From: Paramecium tetraurelia
Lineage: Eukaryota
Direction of reading: 5' to 3'
Length of the DNA stretch: 64,000 nt
NCBI GenBank assembly: GCA_000165425.1
Contig: CT868658.1
Location: forward strand, 248,001-312,000
Part shown: positions 28,328 to 42,369 of the stretch, piece after piece
Layout: each line of letters opens with the position of its first letter
Position numbering within the stretch: position 1 is the first letter of the stretch
Position numbers and translations under genes: made by a program
The notes under the pieces: model-generated
Databases searched by the model: none
What the model saw: only the letters and a program-made list of their open reading frames with translations
Told to the model about the DNA's origin: nothing

Positions 28328-30884
28328 TCATGATCCACCCATCGTCAAAGAATCTAATAATGCTTGTTTCTCTGCAATTATCAATTTCAATTATGCTATT
28401 TCCTTAGCATAATTCTTTGCATTATAAGTCATTTCATCTTATAATGCCTCTATTCTAGCATTTGCCTTATGCAATTTTACTTCCAATTCCATTTTCTCTT
28501 GTTCCCAATCTGCCCCACTATTGCTAACAGGTCTCTTATTCCTTAGCTCCTCTTTCATATTAGCAACAATTTTCTCTAATCTCTGGCATTCTTATTTATA
28601 ACGTTCTAATTCTCCGATATCCTCTCCATATACAATTCCTTTCAGTTACTTCTACAAATTAAGATTTTCACTTTTAAGTTATTCAACCTCTAATTGTGCT
28701 TATCTAGCCTTTTAAGCATCTTTTAGTGAAGTTTCCATTAATTTCTCTAATTTTGATATCACAGTTTCTTATTTCTTTACAGCTTCCTTATAAACACCAA
28801 CCTTTTGGATTTCTTATTGCATGACCAACATTTTCTTGGCATTCTCCTAATGGACTCTTTATAATGACTCCAATTCTACTTCGAGTTATCTTGCAGAAGC
28901 AATATCTTTCTAGGCAGTTTTGAGAGCTTTTTCAAATTCTTCATTTCTCACTCTTTCATTACGATAGGCTTGAGCAACTTTAATTATCTTTTACCTCAAT
29001 TCCTCCATTGACATAACAGCAATTTCCTTGGTTATAATAGACTAGATTTCAAGAGACTCCTCATGTGCTAAACGTTTTCTCAGAATAGAATTTTCACTCT
29101 ATAACAATTTGACCTGTCTTCTTAAATCAACAATTTCAGTTCCTGTAATTTTAAGACTCTCAGTTTTGTCATCCACTTCCTTCATCAATCTGTGTATCAT
29201 CTCTTGTTTTTGTGAAAGTTCCTTTGACAAGATATCCCACTTTGACCTGTCTGCTCCTGAAACATTTTCAGCCAAGGCCTTCATATCCGGTGTTCTGGGT
29301 ATTAATCTCTATGATTTCTTTGATGATGAGACTCTACTTATTGCAGAATTCTCTGTAACTTCCATACAAGTCAATTCAACCTGACATCTACTATTCATAA
29401 ATAATGGTCGCTGTTTGGATTCATCAGACCAAGTAATGGGGAAAAAGACTTGTTTCTTCTCCTTGGAGTAATATAACTTACGGAGCCAATCATCAATAAT
29501 TTCTGAATATCCAACTATTCCATTTGGCATTGAATGCATAGATTAGATAGTGTCATCTCTAGTGGCTAAATAGAATGCAATTCCACTCTATTAAGATCAA
29601 CATAAAGAATACTTCCAATTAAGATTTGGGCAGTGTAAAGACTGCTACTGCATTATACACTTTATCAGCCTTATGTGGTGGAATCTTCATTATCGATGAT
29701 ATAAACACATCAGATTGAGCATTACTTAAGGCTTGAGCCAAAGTTGGAGCTCCTTTCAAATCGATGACTGAATACGGCACTTCTTTAATTTTGGTTTGAT
29801 TTAGAGTCATAATCAAATTGGTTCTACTTGCATATGGCAAAGGATCATAATGAACCATCTTTACAATGATATCAATCAATTCATCCAAGAACCTCTATTT
29901 ATCAGCCATTTCCAAAGTGATTGACATATACAATCTAGGTCTAGCTTCATATTCTGCATATTTAAATTGCAATTCAAAGTTCATTGGCTAGAATGGTCTC
30001 ATCTATGAAATTGGAAAATAAACACTCTCGATTTCTCTCTATCCAATGTCATCCACCAAACTGAGATATAAATACCCATCCAGAGTGGTCACTGTTTATG
30101 GATTTGGGATCAAAAATTGCTAGTTCCAAATCGGATGTCGATTTTAATCCCTAATCTTTGTTAAATGCATATGATGTTCAGATGGAGGTTGATTATCATA
30201 TTGTGACCATCCCAATTTCACAAAACCTCTGGGTAACCCAGACTGAGAATCACGGTGTAAGGGCATATCCATACACGCCCTTATATCTACTCTTAATCTC
30301 CAAGTAAAACTCATGAATGGATCGGATGCTGGGAGAGGTTGAAATATTTCATCTGATTCCAATGGTTTCTCATCATTTATTGGGATTATTTGTTCTCCCA
30401 CTAATTTAAGATTTACAATAAATCTCCCCACTGTTACTTACTTATCATTTCTACGAACAAATTTCAAATGCTATCTCACTCCTGTTCCACTTATATCTGT
30501 CAATGGACCTGTAAAATCACCCAATTTCAAAATGCACTCTCCTAATAGTCTTGCTTAACCCTAATTGTCCAAATCAGGTCCACGTCCTTATTCCCGATCC
30601 GTTACCACATATGCTTCGAACTTTCATGCATAGAGTATTATTTTACATGTAAGTAATCATTAATGTCCAATTTAAAATTAGAAAGTGGTATTATGAAAGT
30701 ACTAGCTGCAAATACTGGAGCTGCCACTTAGGCACTCACATCGGTTCTTTTCTAATAAATTATCATTTTTGCATTCTACCTTCTCTCCATCCACATTTAA
30801 TTATACAGTAATGAAGTAATGGTAATCCTTTGCAAATTCTACATTATGCAAACTTACACAAAGTGATGAACGCTATTAATCCAT
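28328..30884 (-). CDS. C2-domain plus coiled-coil protein, CCDC33-like
   Basis: N-terminal C2-like segments (YFITVQL..RTDVS; WRLRVDIRACMDMP) and a long coiled coil ending ARIEALQDEMTYNAKNYAKEIAQLK. Confidence 0.65.
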
Positions 30885-31473
30885 TATTTTAAATATGACT
30901 GATAAAAATTAGAATAAAAATTATAATCAAGTATTCAATTTCTTAATTTTCTTAGATTCTCCATGATACATTCTCAAACTATAATCCCTTTGTAGGATTT
31001 CAAGTTTTAATATTTTTAATCATTTATTACAAGAATATTTGATTATATTGGAATAAATAAAGTTCTAACTTTTGAAGTTTCTTATTTAACTTTTAATCTT
31101 ACTTTTTGAAGAAAAAACAATGTTATTCAAAATTCATTTTTTATACTTTCCTGTTTTTCGGCATACCTCCTGATAATAAACTTACAAATAATGATAATAA
31201 TTTATTAAATATTAACAAAATTATTATTTAAGAATCAAGTTAGAATAAATAATATTATTGATCATTAATGAAAATATCAATTAGTTAAAAATCCTTATTG
31301 ATAATAGCTAAATGACATATATAACTTATCTTTAAGCTAAGGGCATAGATAGTTCAAGCGTATTTTGTTAAAATTATCTATATCAGTAGATATATAAATT
31401 ATGAACAATAACTAATTACTTTACTTGTTATATAAATTATGATAAATCATCCAAAGACATATTTATTTAATTA

Positions 31474-33003
31474 ATGAAATCTAAATTCCCTTCAGCAACC
31501 ATTTTTATTTAAAAAGTTTCCGATTTTTGGAGTGATCAATAACTTTAACTGAGAGAATGTGATTTTAAAGAAGATTATTTTCTCTTCTACTCTCATAATA
31601 AAAAATCTTACAAAAACAAAGTGTTAAAAAGACATGGTCCTATTATTAAAAAGGTAAAGAAGAATGTAAATGTATTTGGTATATATAAAAGGGATCAGAA
31701 TTATGGTGTGATGTTACAAATGCAACGATTGAGATCCTTTAGATACAACATGTCGGTCAAGGATTAAGAATAACTAAAAATTCATATTGCTTAGAGTTCT
31801 TTGGATACATAGATGGTTGGTTTAAGGAATTAAGGAAGTTCTGTATTCAAATACACATAAAAAACCTATTTATTATGAGCAATAAACTAGGAAGTGGGAG
31901 CTTTGCAGATGTATGATTAATGAATGATATTTTTCCAGGTTTATAGAGTGATAAGGAAAAGTGATAAAAAAGAATTTGCTGTAAAAATATACGATAAATA
32001 ATCGAGTAAATTCGATTCTGAATGTATCATAAAGGAATTAGAAATAATGAGAAAAATGGATCATCCAAATGTCATATCAGTACTAGAAACATTTGAGTCG
32101 TAGAAATCTGTATTCATTGTTACTGAATTATTGATTAGTGGAAACTTAGATGATATTCTTTCGAAGACAGTACTTTCAGAGGATGATGCTATCAAATGCA
32201 TATTTAAAATTATAGATGCTCTAACATACATACATTCATAAGGAGTGATTCATCGAGATATCAAACCAGAAAATATTTTATTTAGAAAACCTAATCTTGA
32301 GGAGTTGGTCATATCAGATTTTGGATTGGCTGAATATCACAATAATGAAGGTCAATATAAATATCATCGCTGTGGAACTGCAGGCAATATGGCACCAGAG
32401 ATCCTAAAAGATCAATCCTATGATTATAAGGCTGATTGCTATAGTGCTGGGATTATATTGTACCAAATGTTAACACAAATGCGATCTCCATTTCTTGTTG
32501 AAGATTATCAAGAGACCATTCAAAGAAATGAATAAGGCTAAATTGATTTCTCAGTAGTTCAATCATCTCCTGCTGTTGTGAACCTCGTAAAGTGGATGTT
32601 AGAGTTGGATCCTGATAAGAGATGTTCAGTACAATAGGCTAGATCTAATATCATATTCAAGAAATTTAATAGACAAACCATCATTATTAAAAGAAAACGA
32701 TTTTATTAGGATCCAACAGTTTCTTGTTAAAGTTCGAGAAGTACTTCAATTTATCAAAGCCCTATGAATTAACCTTCTCCTCCTCTTCCTATAGGTCCTT
32801 CATATAAATATCTTGGGTCCTAAAATCTTCCATTGAGACTCAGAAGCCAAGACAGAAAGTTGTTACCATCTCCAAATTAACGCAATTCGGGAGCAAACAG
32901 TGCTAAATTATAATTGAAATAAAAAAGCACAAATTTTAAAATCAATCCTATAATTAATAAGACTAGAGTATACTCTAGCATAGGATCAAATAAAGCTATT
33001 TGA
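31474..33003 (+). CDS. CAMK-family Ser/Thr kinase with PH-like N-terminus
   Basis: LGSGSFAD, FAVK, HRDIKPEN, DFG, CGTAGNMAPE. Confidence 0.88.
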
Positions 33004-35201
33004 CTCATTAATCAAACTTATTATGATTAATGATAAATAATATATATATTTATTCAGTTTTATAACAATTCTTAGATTCGCGTTTCTTGCTCTTTTTATG
33101 CCCAATTAATACAATTAAGACAGATATTATTGAATAAGCCATGTGATAATTTTAACATGATAATTTATCAATTTTTTCTTTTTTGTAAAAAAAGTGCGTT
33201 TTAGGTTCCCATCTAGATGTCAGGAATATTATTTAAGTCGTCTTTTGTAATTAAGGCATGTTCCAATTCAGCCTCAGTCATTACTTCATTAGAATTCTAA
33301 TTTTAAAATAACAGCTTACGTTATCTTAAATAAATTCTTAGGCAACCCATTATTGATTCTTTGTTTCGATTTATTATTCTCTAACGTTGATAGTAGATTA
33401 AGAATCTTCCTATTAAAACATCATGTCATTAGGATCAAGTATTCCTGACTATTCTGTAGTTGTTAAAGCAAGTGTCAGACCTAATATTAATATGAATTGT
33501 AAATATTTCATGAAATTTAATTAATTATGTCTACATTTAAAGAATATGCATAGTCATTGCACTATTCTCAATTATCAAAGACATGATCAAATAAAAAGAA
33601 CCTCAATGAAAATTACTGAGATGAGAGAATCTCTGGAATCTTGGCTCAATATAAAATACTTCACCAAAAATAGTATATAATAAATAAATAACTATATATG
33701 TAGAATAATATTCTTATTGAAATCAAAAGTTATTAAAAACATTTAATAACAGTATGTGAATGAGAGATTGAAGTAGAACAAAAACATCATTAATTTATTT
33801 TATGATAAACTGTTAAATAGATATAAGAAAACCAAAATATATATTTTTTGTATCATAAAGAACTCTTTTGTAGATACCTTAAAATTCTTTGAACTTAACT
33901 ATTCTGCATTAAGAAAGGTAAGAATTTAGATCTTACAGGGAGACTTAAATGGAGACTTAATCTAGATTGACTAACCAATAATTGTTTCTAATTTATTATT
34001 CACATTATAATTTCAGAATGGTTCTTCAGTTTTCTGTTCCAAAAACCTGATAATTAAGAATGGTTTAATTTTTCTTCTTCTCTGATATTCAATTTCCTCA
34101 TTTAAACTTTCACAATTATCACTCAAATTTAATGCTATTATGGTTTAGTGAGAAGGTGTTGCCAAAAATCTAATTATTTTTTTATTCAATACCTTTTTTT
34201 CCTGATTTTAGGAGGAACACATATCTAAGTATCTTAGTTTTCAAACTTAAGGTCTAACATATCCAGCCTCCTAAAGTTTGAAAAAATAATTTATGTATTT
34301 ACAATTTCAATATCATAATAATATTAGAATAAATTTGGAAAACAAGAATATTTAAATTCCATCTCATGACTATTATACAAACTTTAGTATTTCTCCGCTT
34401 GATTGTCAAATTTGATAAGATTTTGTATTCTAAAAAGCAGAATAAATCCAATATTATTATAACCATCCCAAACTTTAAGAAAAATTATTATTTATACCCT
34501 ATCTTGAATTTTAAACATCTTTAAATTATAGTCATCATGTGGCTTATCATCATCAAATATATTATTTTAATGGGATTAAAGGGTAGTTAGGACAAGTTCA
34601 TGATCTCAGTTTCAAAATCTTTACTTCCAATTTCTTCATTATTAGGAATCTTAAAATTTTGTTAAGTGAAATCTCAACGAAGTAAAATGCTTATTTTATT
34701 TGGTTGAAAATTAGTTATAGTAGCCTAAAAGATATTATAAATGAGTTCGTTGAGATATCACAATATTAAGGGAAATTGATGGAAATTCTATTGCTTAAAG
34801 CAATATTAATGGATATAAGAACAATTAACAGACATAAACTGCTGATTAATGTGAAATGAATCATTTAATTATTTATTACAATTATTTCTGTAAATGAATT
34901 GCTGTAAGAAATGTTATTTATATTGCAATTTAAATCAAGATTTCTAAATTAATTGATTACTTTATATTCCCTATTAATATTCCAATTGAAATAAATTAAT
35001 CATTTACTAACTTTAATAGTTTTATAAGGATACTTTGAAGCAATTTGATTGAAAAGTTTATAAAGCGAATAATGATTAGATTATTACATTAAGAAATGTA
35101 TTAGATGGGGATGTAAGGCTCTTTTGACTTTGGTCGTAAGGCAAGAATTATATAATTATGGAACTTTTCAATAATTTTTATATTCTATTAGTAGTTAAAT
35201 T

Positions 35202-35210
35202 AAAAAAAAA
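35202..35210 (-). terminator. Pol III oligo-T terminator of tRNA-His
   Basis: Nine T residues immediately 3' of the tRNA discriminator base on the minus strand. Confidence 0.7.
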
Positions 35211-35281
35211 TGCCCCCTCCAGGATTCGAGCCTGGGTTTTAGCAGCCACAATGCCATGTACTACCACTATACTAAGACGGC
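35211..35281 (-). tRNA. tRNA-His (GUG), atypical or possibly a pseudogene
   Basis: GCCGTCTTAGTATAGTGGTAGTACATGGCATTGTGGCTGCTAAAACCCAGGCTCGAATCCTGGAGGGGGCA folds as a cloverleaf with a GTG anticodon and is followed by a T9 run. Confidence 0.85.
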
Positions 35282-35460
35282 GTTTCATTAATTTTAAAAC
35301 CAATCTACATTCGTATAAAATTTTAAACAATAAAAAAGAAACTCTACCTTCAGGCATAAAAATTAAGGGTTACTTTTGAAGAATTCAAAAAGGACTATAG
35401 TAATAAGTTAATGAATGAAAAGATAATAATCAATGTTTATTTTATGAATGGATTGAATAT

Positions 35461-36866
35461 TCATTATTTATTCTAGTCAATCCAATCTTGGTATGTTGCA
35501 AGTTGGCCCAATTTAATAGTTTAAGAATCCATTTACTTTTCTAATGACATGAATTGATTGGAATTATTTTAGATTTCATTTACTTTCCCCATCATTTCTT
35601 TAATGGCTTTTTCTAAATCAGCCTAAGATATAAGTTATTTTACCTTTTAAGCCTCTAAACTTTTTACTGGAGGTTAATTATGTTCTGGAATTGGACTTAA
35701 AAGTTCAGCTAAACCTCTTTTCTCGGTAACATGTTCTAATTTTTCTATTTCATTATTATCTTTAATTTAGAACCATTATTTATTTTCTTTTTCTGTGTAA
35801 ACACAATAGATGCCTTTTTGTACACCTTAAAAGTAGAGTGCTTCAGCTATTTGTTAATTAAATGATTAAAATACTGTGTTTTTGTTTATGCTAAGATTGA
35901 TTCATTTGTATATCTTCAGGTTAAATTAATAATCCAAAACCATGTTTAACATTACAATCAAACTCACCAAAGTATGTTTAATTTTATTATTACAATAATC
36001 CAAAACCATGTTTCATTCCTTCAAAAAAGTGGCCACTAAAAAAAGTATTATCAGGGAATTAGATATGACATAGTTGATCTAAATTGTCCTATTTCCAATT
36101 GCCTTTGATAATGGTTCCATCAGAGTAATGACATTCTCCGAGTCCCTCTCTTAGGCCATCCTTAAATTATCCCACATATTTATAAAGTTATCTATTAGAT
36201 TAGAGTCAATAATACGTTTAGATAATGCCATATTTTAGTTTTCTCTCATCCCAAATCCCCTAATAGGTTTAATTATCTTTGGTTTTCAGAATTGCCTTTC
36301 CTTTAAATTCATTTTTTTAGACTTCCCCCCAAAGGGAGTAATCATAATGGAAAAAGGCATATCCGTTGCCAGCCGCTTATCCATTTCGATACGTTCCAAA
36401 GAATTTGTAGAGTTGGTCTTGATCATTCTGACCTGAAAATTCAATCAATACATTTATACCTTTTTATATCGGTTTCTTTTTGAGAGCTAAAACTCCATCT
36501 CCTTCCCTATTGGAATTTTGGAATCGTCCATAATACTCTCCGTCAGCAATCTCATGTCTTTGATATGAAACAGGATCTAAATCAGGGAATTCGTTGGTAC
36601 TAGAAATTATTAATAACATAAAGACATCTCTTAAGATAGATAGATTCTTAATCCTTTTATCTGATCAATATTAGCACTTTTCGTTTGATTCGGCTTTGGT
36701 TTAGGCTATATGGGAGGTGCCACATGAGACTGCATTTGAATAAAATGTGTACCACTTAGGAATGATCTATTTTAGACTTGTCATGAACTGAATGCTTTGA
36801 TTGATTATTCGGATTCTCTTGAATTGCGTACAATTCAACATAATCTGATGCTAAGACCTATCCCAT
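35461..36866 (-). CDS. MORN-repeat protein
   Basis: Starts MGQVLAS. Repeats EYYGRFQNSNREGDG, YVGQFKDGLREGLG, FSGHFFEGMKHGFG, YFGEFDCNVKHGFG. Confidence 0.85.
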
Positions 36867-36971
36867 TAAAAATATAAATATAATTTATAGTTACTTATTA
36901 AGTGTGTGAATATATTTTATATAAAAGAAATTATTTTACAGATTGTAATAATTTTTATAAATATTCTTCTC

Positions 36972-37982
36972 ATGAATTTGGACTCAGTTCTTAAACCAAT
37001 CCTAGAGGAGGAAGGAGGAACTACTGAAACCCTCTACAAGAAGAAGCAACTCCAAAAATAAGAATGGAATAAATACTTTGATACCATGGTCATCGTCAAT
37101 GTACAATTATCCAAATTAATGTAGGGTACCCCTGTCTATTCAATAATGAAACATGAACCTATTGTGTTGCTAATTCATGGAGCTGGACATTGTGCCATGA
37201 CATTTGCTTTGTTGTGTTAACAGTTGAAAACATTTTGTAGTTGTATCTCCTATGATTTGATGTAACATGGATAGTCTCTCAAAACAGAACCTTTGGAAAT
37301 GGACAACCTAATTAAGGAGTGTGAGGATGTTATAGATTACATAAGACTGAATAATCCAAATACAAATATTCTTTTGTTGGGACACAGTCTTGGAGCAGCC
37401 ATAGCTTGTAAATTGCAGCCAAAATCATTTATACGAGGGCTTATTGTGATAGATATGATTGAAAGTAGAGCGATTGAGAGTATTCAATTGATGGAGAAAG
37501 AATTGAGAAAAAGACCCTCTCAATTTTACTCGTACTCCAGTGCTATTAGTTATCATTTATCTAATAATCTTATCAAGAATCCTTAATCAGCCTAAATCAC
37601 TGTTCCGCATTACTTAAACGATAATTTGGAATGGAAAGTGGATTTAATTCAAACTAAAAAATATTGGTAAGAATGGTTTAAAGGTATTCAGGATGGATTT
37701 GATAATTTCCAACATTCAAAATTATTGTTTGTTGCTGAATCCAATAGATTGTGTTCTATTTAATTCAAATAACAAAGATACAAAATTCACTTATTCGATT
37801 AATCAGGTCATTCTATGCATGAGGATGAACCTGAAAGAATGGCTAAACTTATATCAGATTTCATTTTACAAGAGAAAATTCCTATTAATTCTGATGAAAC
37901 AGAAAAATTAAACTCTTTAGGTTAATAAAACTTTGAAACTAAAGCCTTGTCATATGAAAAGTAATTGAAACATGTTATTTGA
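36972..37982 (+). CDS. Protein phosphatase methylesterase-1-like alpha/beta hydrolase
   Basis: LLIHGAGHCAMTFA, nucleophile motif GHSLGA, GLIVIDMIE, EWFKG, GHSMHEDEP. Confidence 0.85.
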
Positions 37983-38538
37983 TGTATTAATTTACACACA
38001 TATTGTCTAAATTCTATTTCATATATTAAATTTTAACATTCAAGTTTGAGGATTGTTTAATCATTAAAATGAGTAAACTTTTTATTCTTTTAATATCTAT
38101 ATTTTCCATTTTAATAATCCTGATAATTTTGATATCTTTGATAGGAAACGTTCAAATAGATGAAATAATTTATATAAAATATATTTATTTTGTAATCAAT
38201 AATAACTTCCAGACATCATTATTAATTATCTCTTGATGTTCAGCAATACTTTTATTGGTGTTCAGCAATTCTGTTAAATTCAAAGATTGTGATGCTTAAT
38301 CAGATAGCTTACTAAAATGTGCATTTATGTTTCAAATATATCATCGTCATTTTTTAATCCATATCTCTAAAAATTTCTATATTAACAAGAAAAAAGATCT
38401 TCAGCTTTCTATTTAAATACATATTCGATATTAAATTGAGTTTATATTGAAGTTCTAAGATTCTCATTTTAAGTACTATCTGATTTGTATTATTGTATGA
38501 ATTCATTCGATATAATTAATTATTATCACAAAAATATA

Positions 38539-40250
<1,712 letters not shown>

Positions 40251-42369
40251 GTTACCATTTTATGTGTTCACAATTAATTTTATTTATTATGATAACAACA
40301 TTAGGAATCCCATTTACAGATTTTTAAGAACAAGCCAAAAATCTACCAATCTTAGTCAACTTTGAATCCAAATGCTTTCTGATTGATCATAAATATGTAT
40401 TGCCATTTTTACGCAGCTCCCCATAGATTAAAGATTTATTCTTGAACTCAATACAGCCACTTAACTTAATCAAAAGTAAATACAAGTCAAGGCCCAATTA
40501 ATATACAATACTTATATCAATATTCCTTAATTCTATTTCACATTATAAGATTGCGAATGTAAACCATCCTATGATTTCATTAGCTTCTGATTACCTACCT
40601 ATACATGAATATATCTAAGATGAAGCCGAATAATAGAACTTCATAAAAGATGTAAAATTTATCCTTAGTCAAAGATTAATCCAGCCACAGGAATTGCTAT
40701 GATAACAATGCATAATTGCTTATTATCTGAATTCATTCATTTTGTTAGTGAAGGGAAAACTTTCCTATTGACTTTGATTTCTTATTACTTTTCTAAACTG
40801 CACATATATATTAAAAAGTCAGAATATCAGGAATGAAATAGAATTATTATATAATAGAGTAAATTCTAAAATAATATAATCCATCCGTAATTATTATATT
40901 AATATCTACATATCGTTGTATAAGATTTACTTACAAAGAGAGTATTACAATTTTCATCCAAATGTATACACTGCTACACATTGGTTATTGAGTTGCAGAC
41001 TATGGCGATATTTTCTGAATTTACTCCAAGCCTATTAAATTAATTGAATGGATTTTCTCAATGCTTACGGGGTTCTCTTTTGGAATTTTATTTTGATTTT
41101 TAGAAAATTTGTAAGTAATCTCAAAATATTTTTAGGTAGTTTAATTTTCTTTTATAACTAGTTTAGTTATTGATATAAATTTGCTTAAATTTAAAAATTC
41201 CAATCTACTCCTTAATTGTTGAGGGATTCTTAAGTTATTAAATAATAATTTTGTTTTGCTTAAGTAGAGTGTAAATTTTATGCTATACTCTTTATAATAT
41301 AGGATTTAGATTTTATTTGATAATCTAAGAAAGGATTTTGATTCAATAATAAAATAATAAGAATAAATTTACATAAATTAATAAGCTTAAATAATAGATT
41401 CACAAATGAAGTAAGATAAGCAAGTTAATTATTTTGAAAATTATACTAATTAATTTATATTTTAATAATTTGTATACATTAATAAAAATAATATAAAAAT
41501 TAGAAGTAATATCTCTAATGAATAATATTATAGAAAACTCACTTAACTTTTGGCAATAAAGACTCAACAATTCATCACAAACATAAGCAAATCTCCTTTT
41601 AAAGAATAAATAAAGAACACTAGTAGACAGAGTAGTGATAAGATCAACTAAATATTGGAAACAAATTGCAGATGAATTTTCGGCTCAAAGTTCTACAAAT
41701 AAATCTGTTTAAAATTTGTCATCATAATCTCATAATTAATAGATTTCTGATTGATTTGATATATAATTTAATATTTTTAATAACATAGTGGTACCTAAAA
41801 TAATTCAAAAAAAATTATTTAAAATAAATCAAACAAATACGCTGACAAGTTGAAGTTAGAAATCTATTCATTCTTGCAAATCCCCCTCATTATTTTTAAA
41901 TATTTATACTATGAGTAGCAATAATTCTTCAAATAAAAATTAGCCTATTTATGAGGTTTAATACAATTGATTATAGGAGTGGTTTAGATAAATGAAATTA
42001 TAAATCTTTTCTTGAGTGACTTATCATAGTTAAAGTATACTTTTATGTTCATAAAATTTGAACTTATACTAATTCTAAAGATATTATACCTCTAATGTAA
42101 ACTGTCTAAACTAACCCTAAATAGAGCTAAATTTTATAATAAAAATAATAATCTTTTTTGTTAGAGATAATTTTAGGAAAGAATATATTAAGAAGGAGAA
42201 AGTGGTTTTTCAAAAATTTGATTCAATAATATATTTACCAAAAGTTTTGTAATAGTTCTAAACTCTAAAATCTGCAACCCAAAGTCTATTCATTACTGAG
42301 TTCAATTTACTTATGGACCAAAGATTGCAAAGATATTAATATTGTTAATTAAACTTGTATATGAATTTC

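Noticed and set aside
35158..35379. 73-aa plus-strand ORF
   Set aside because: It is an antisense overlap of the tRNA-His gene with no recognisable protein features.
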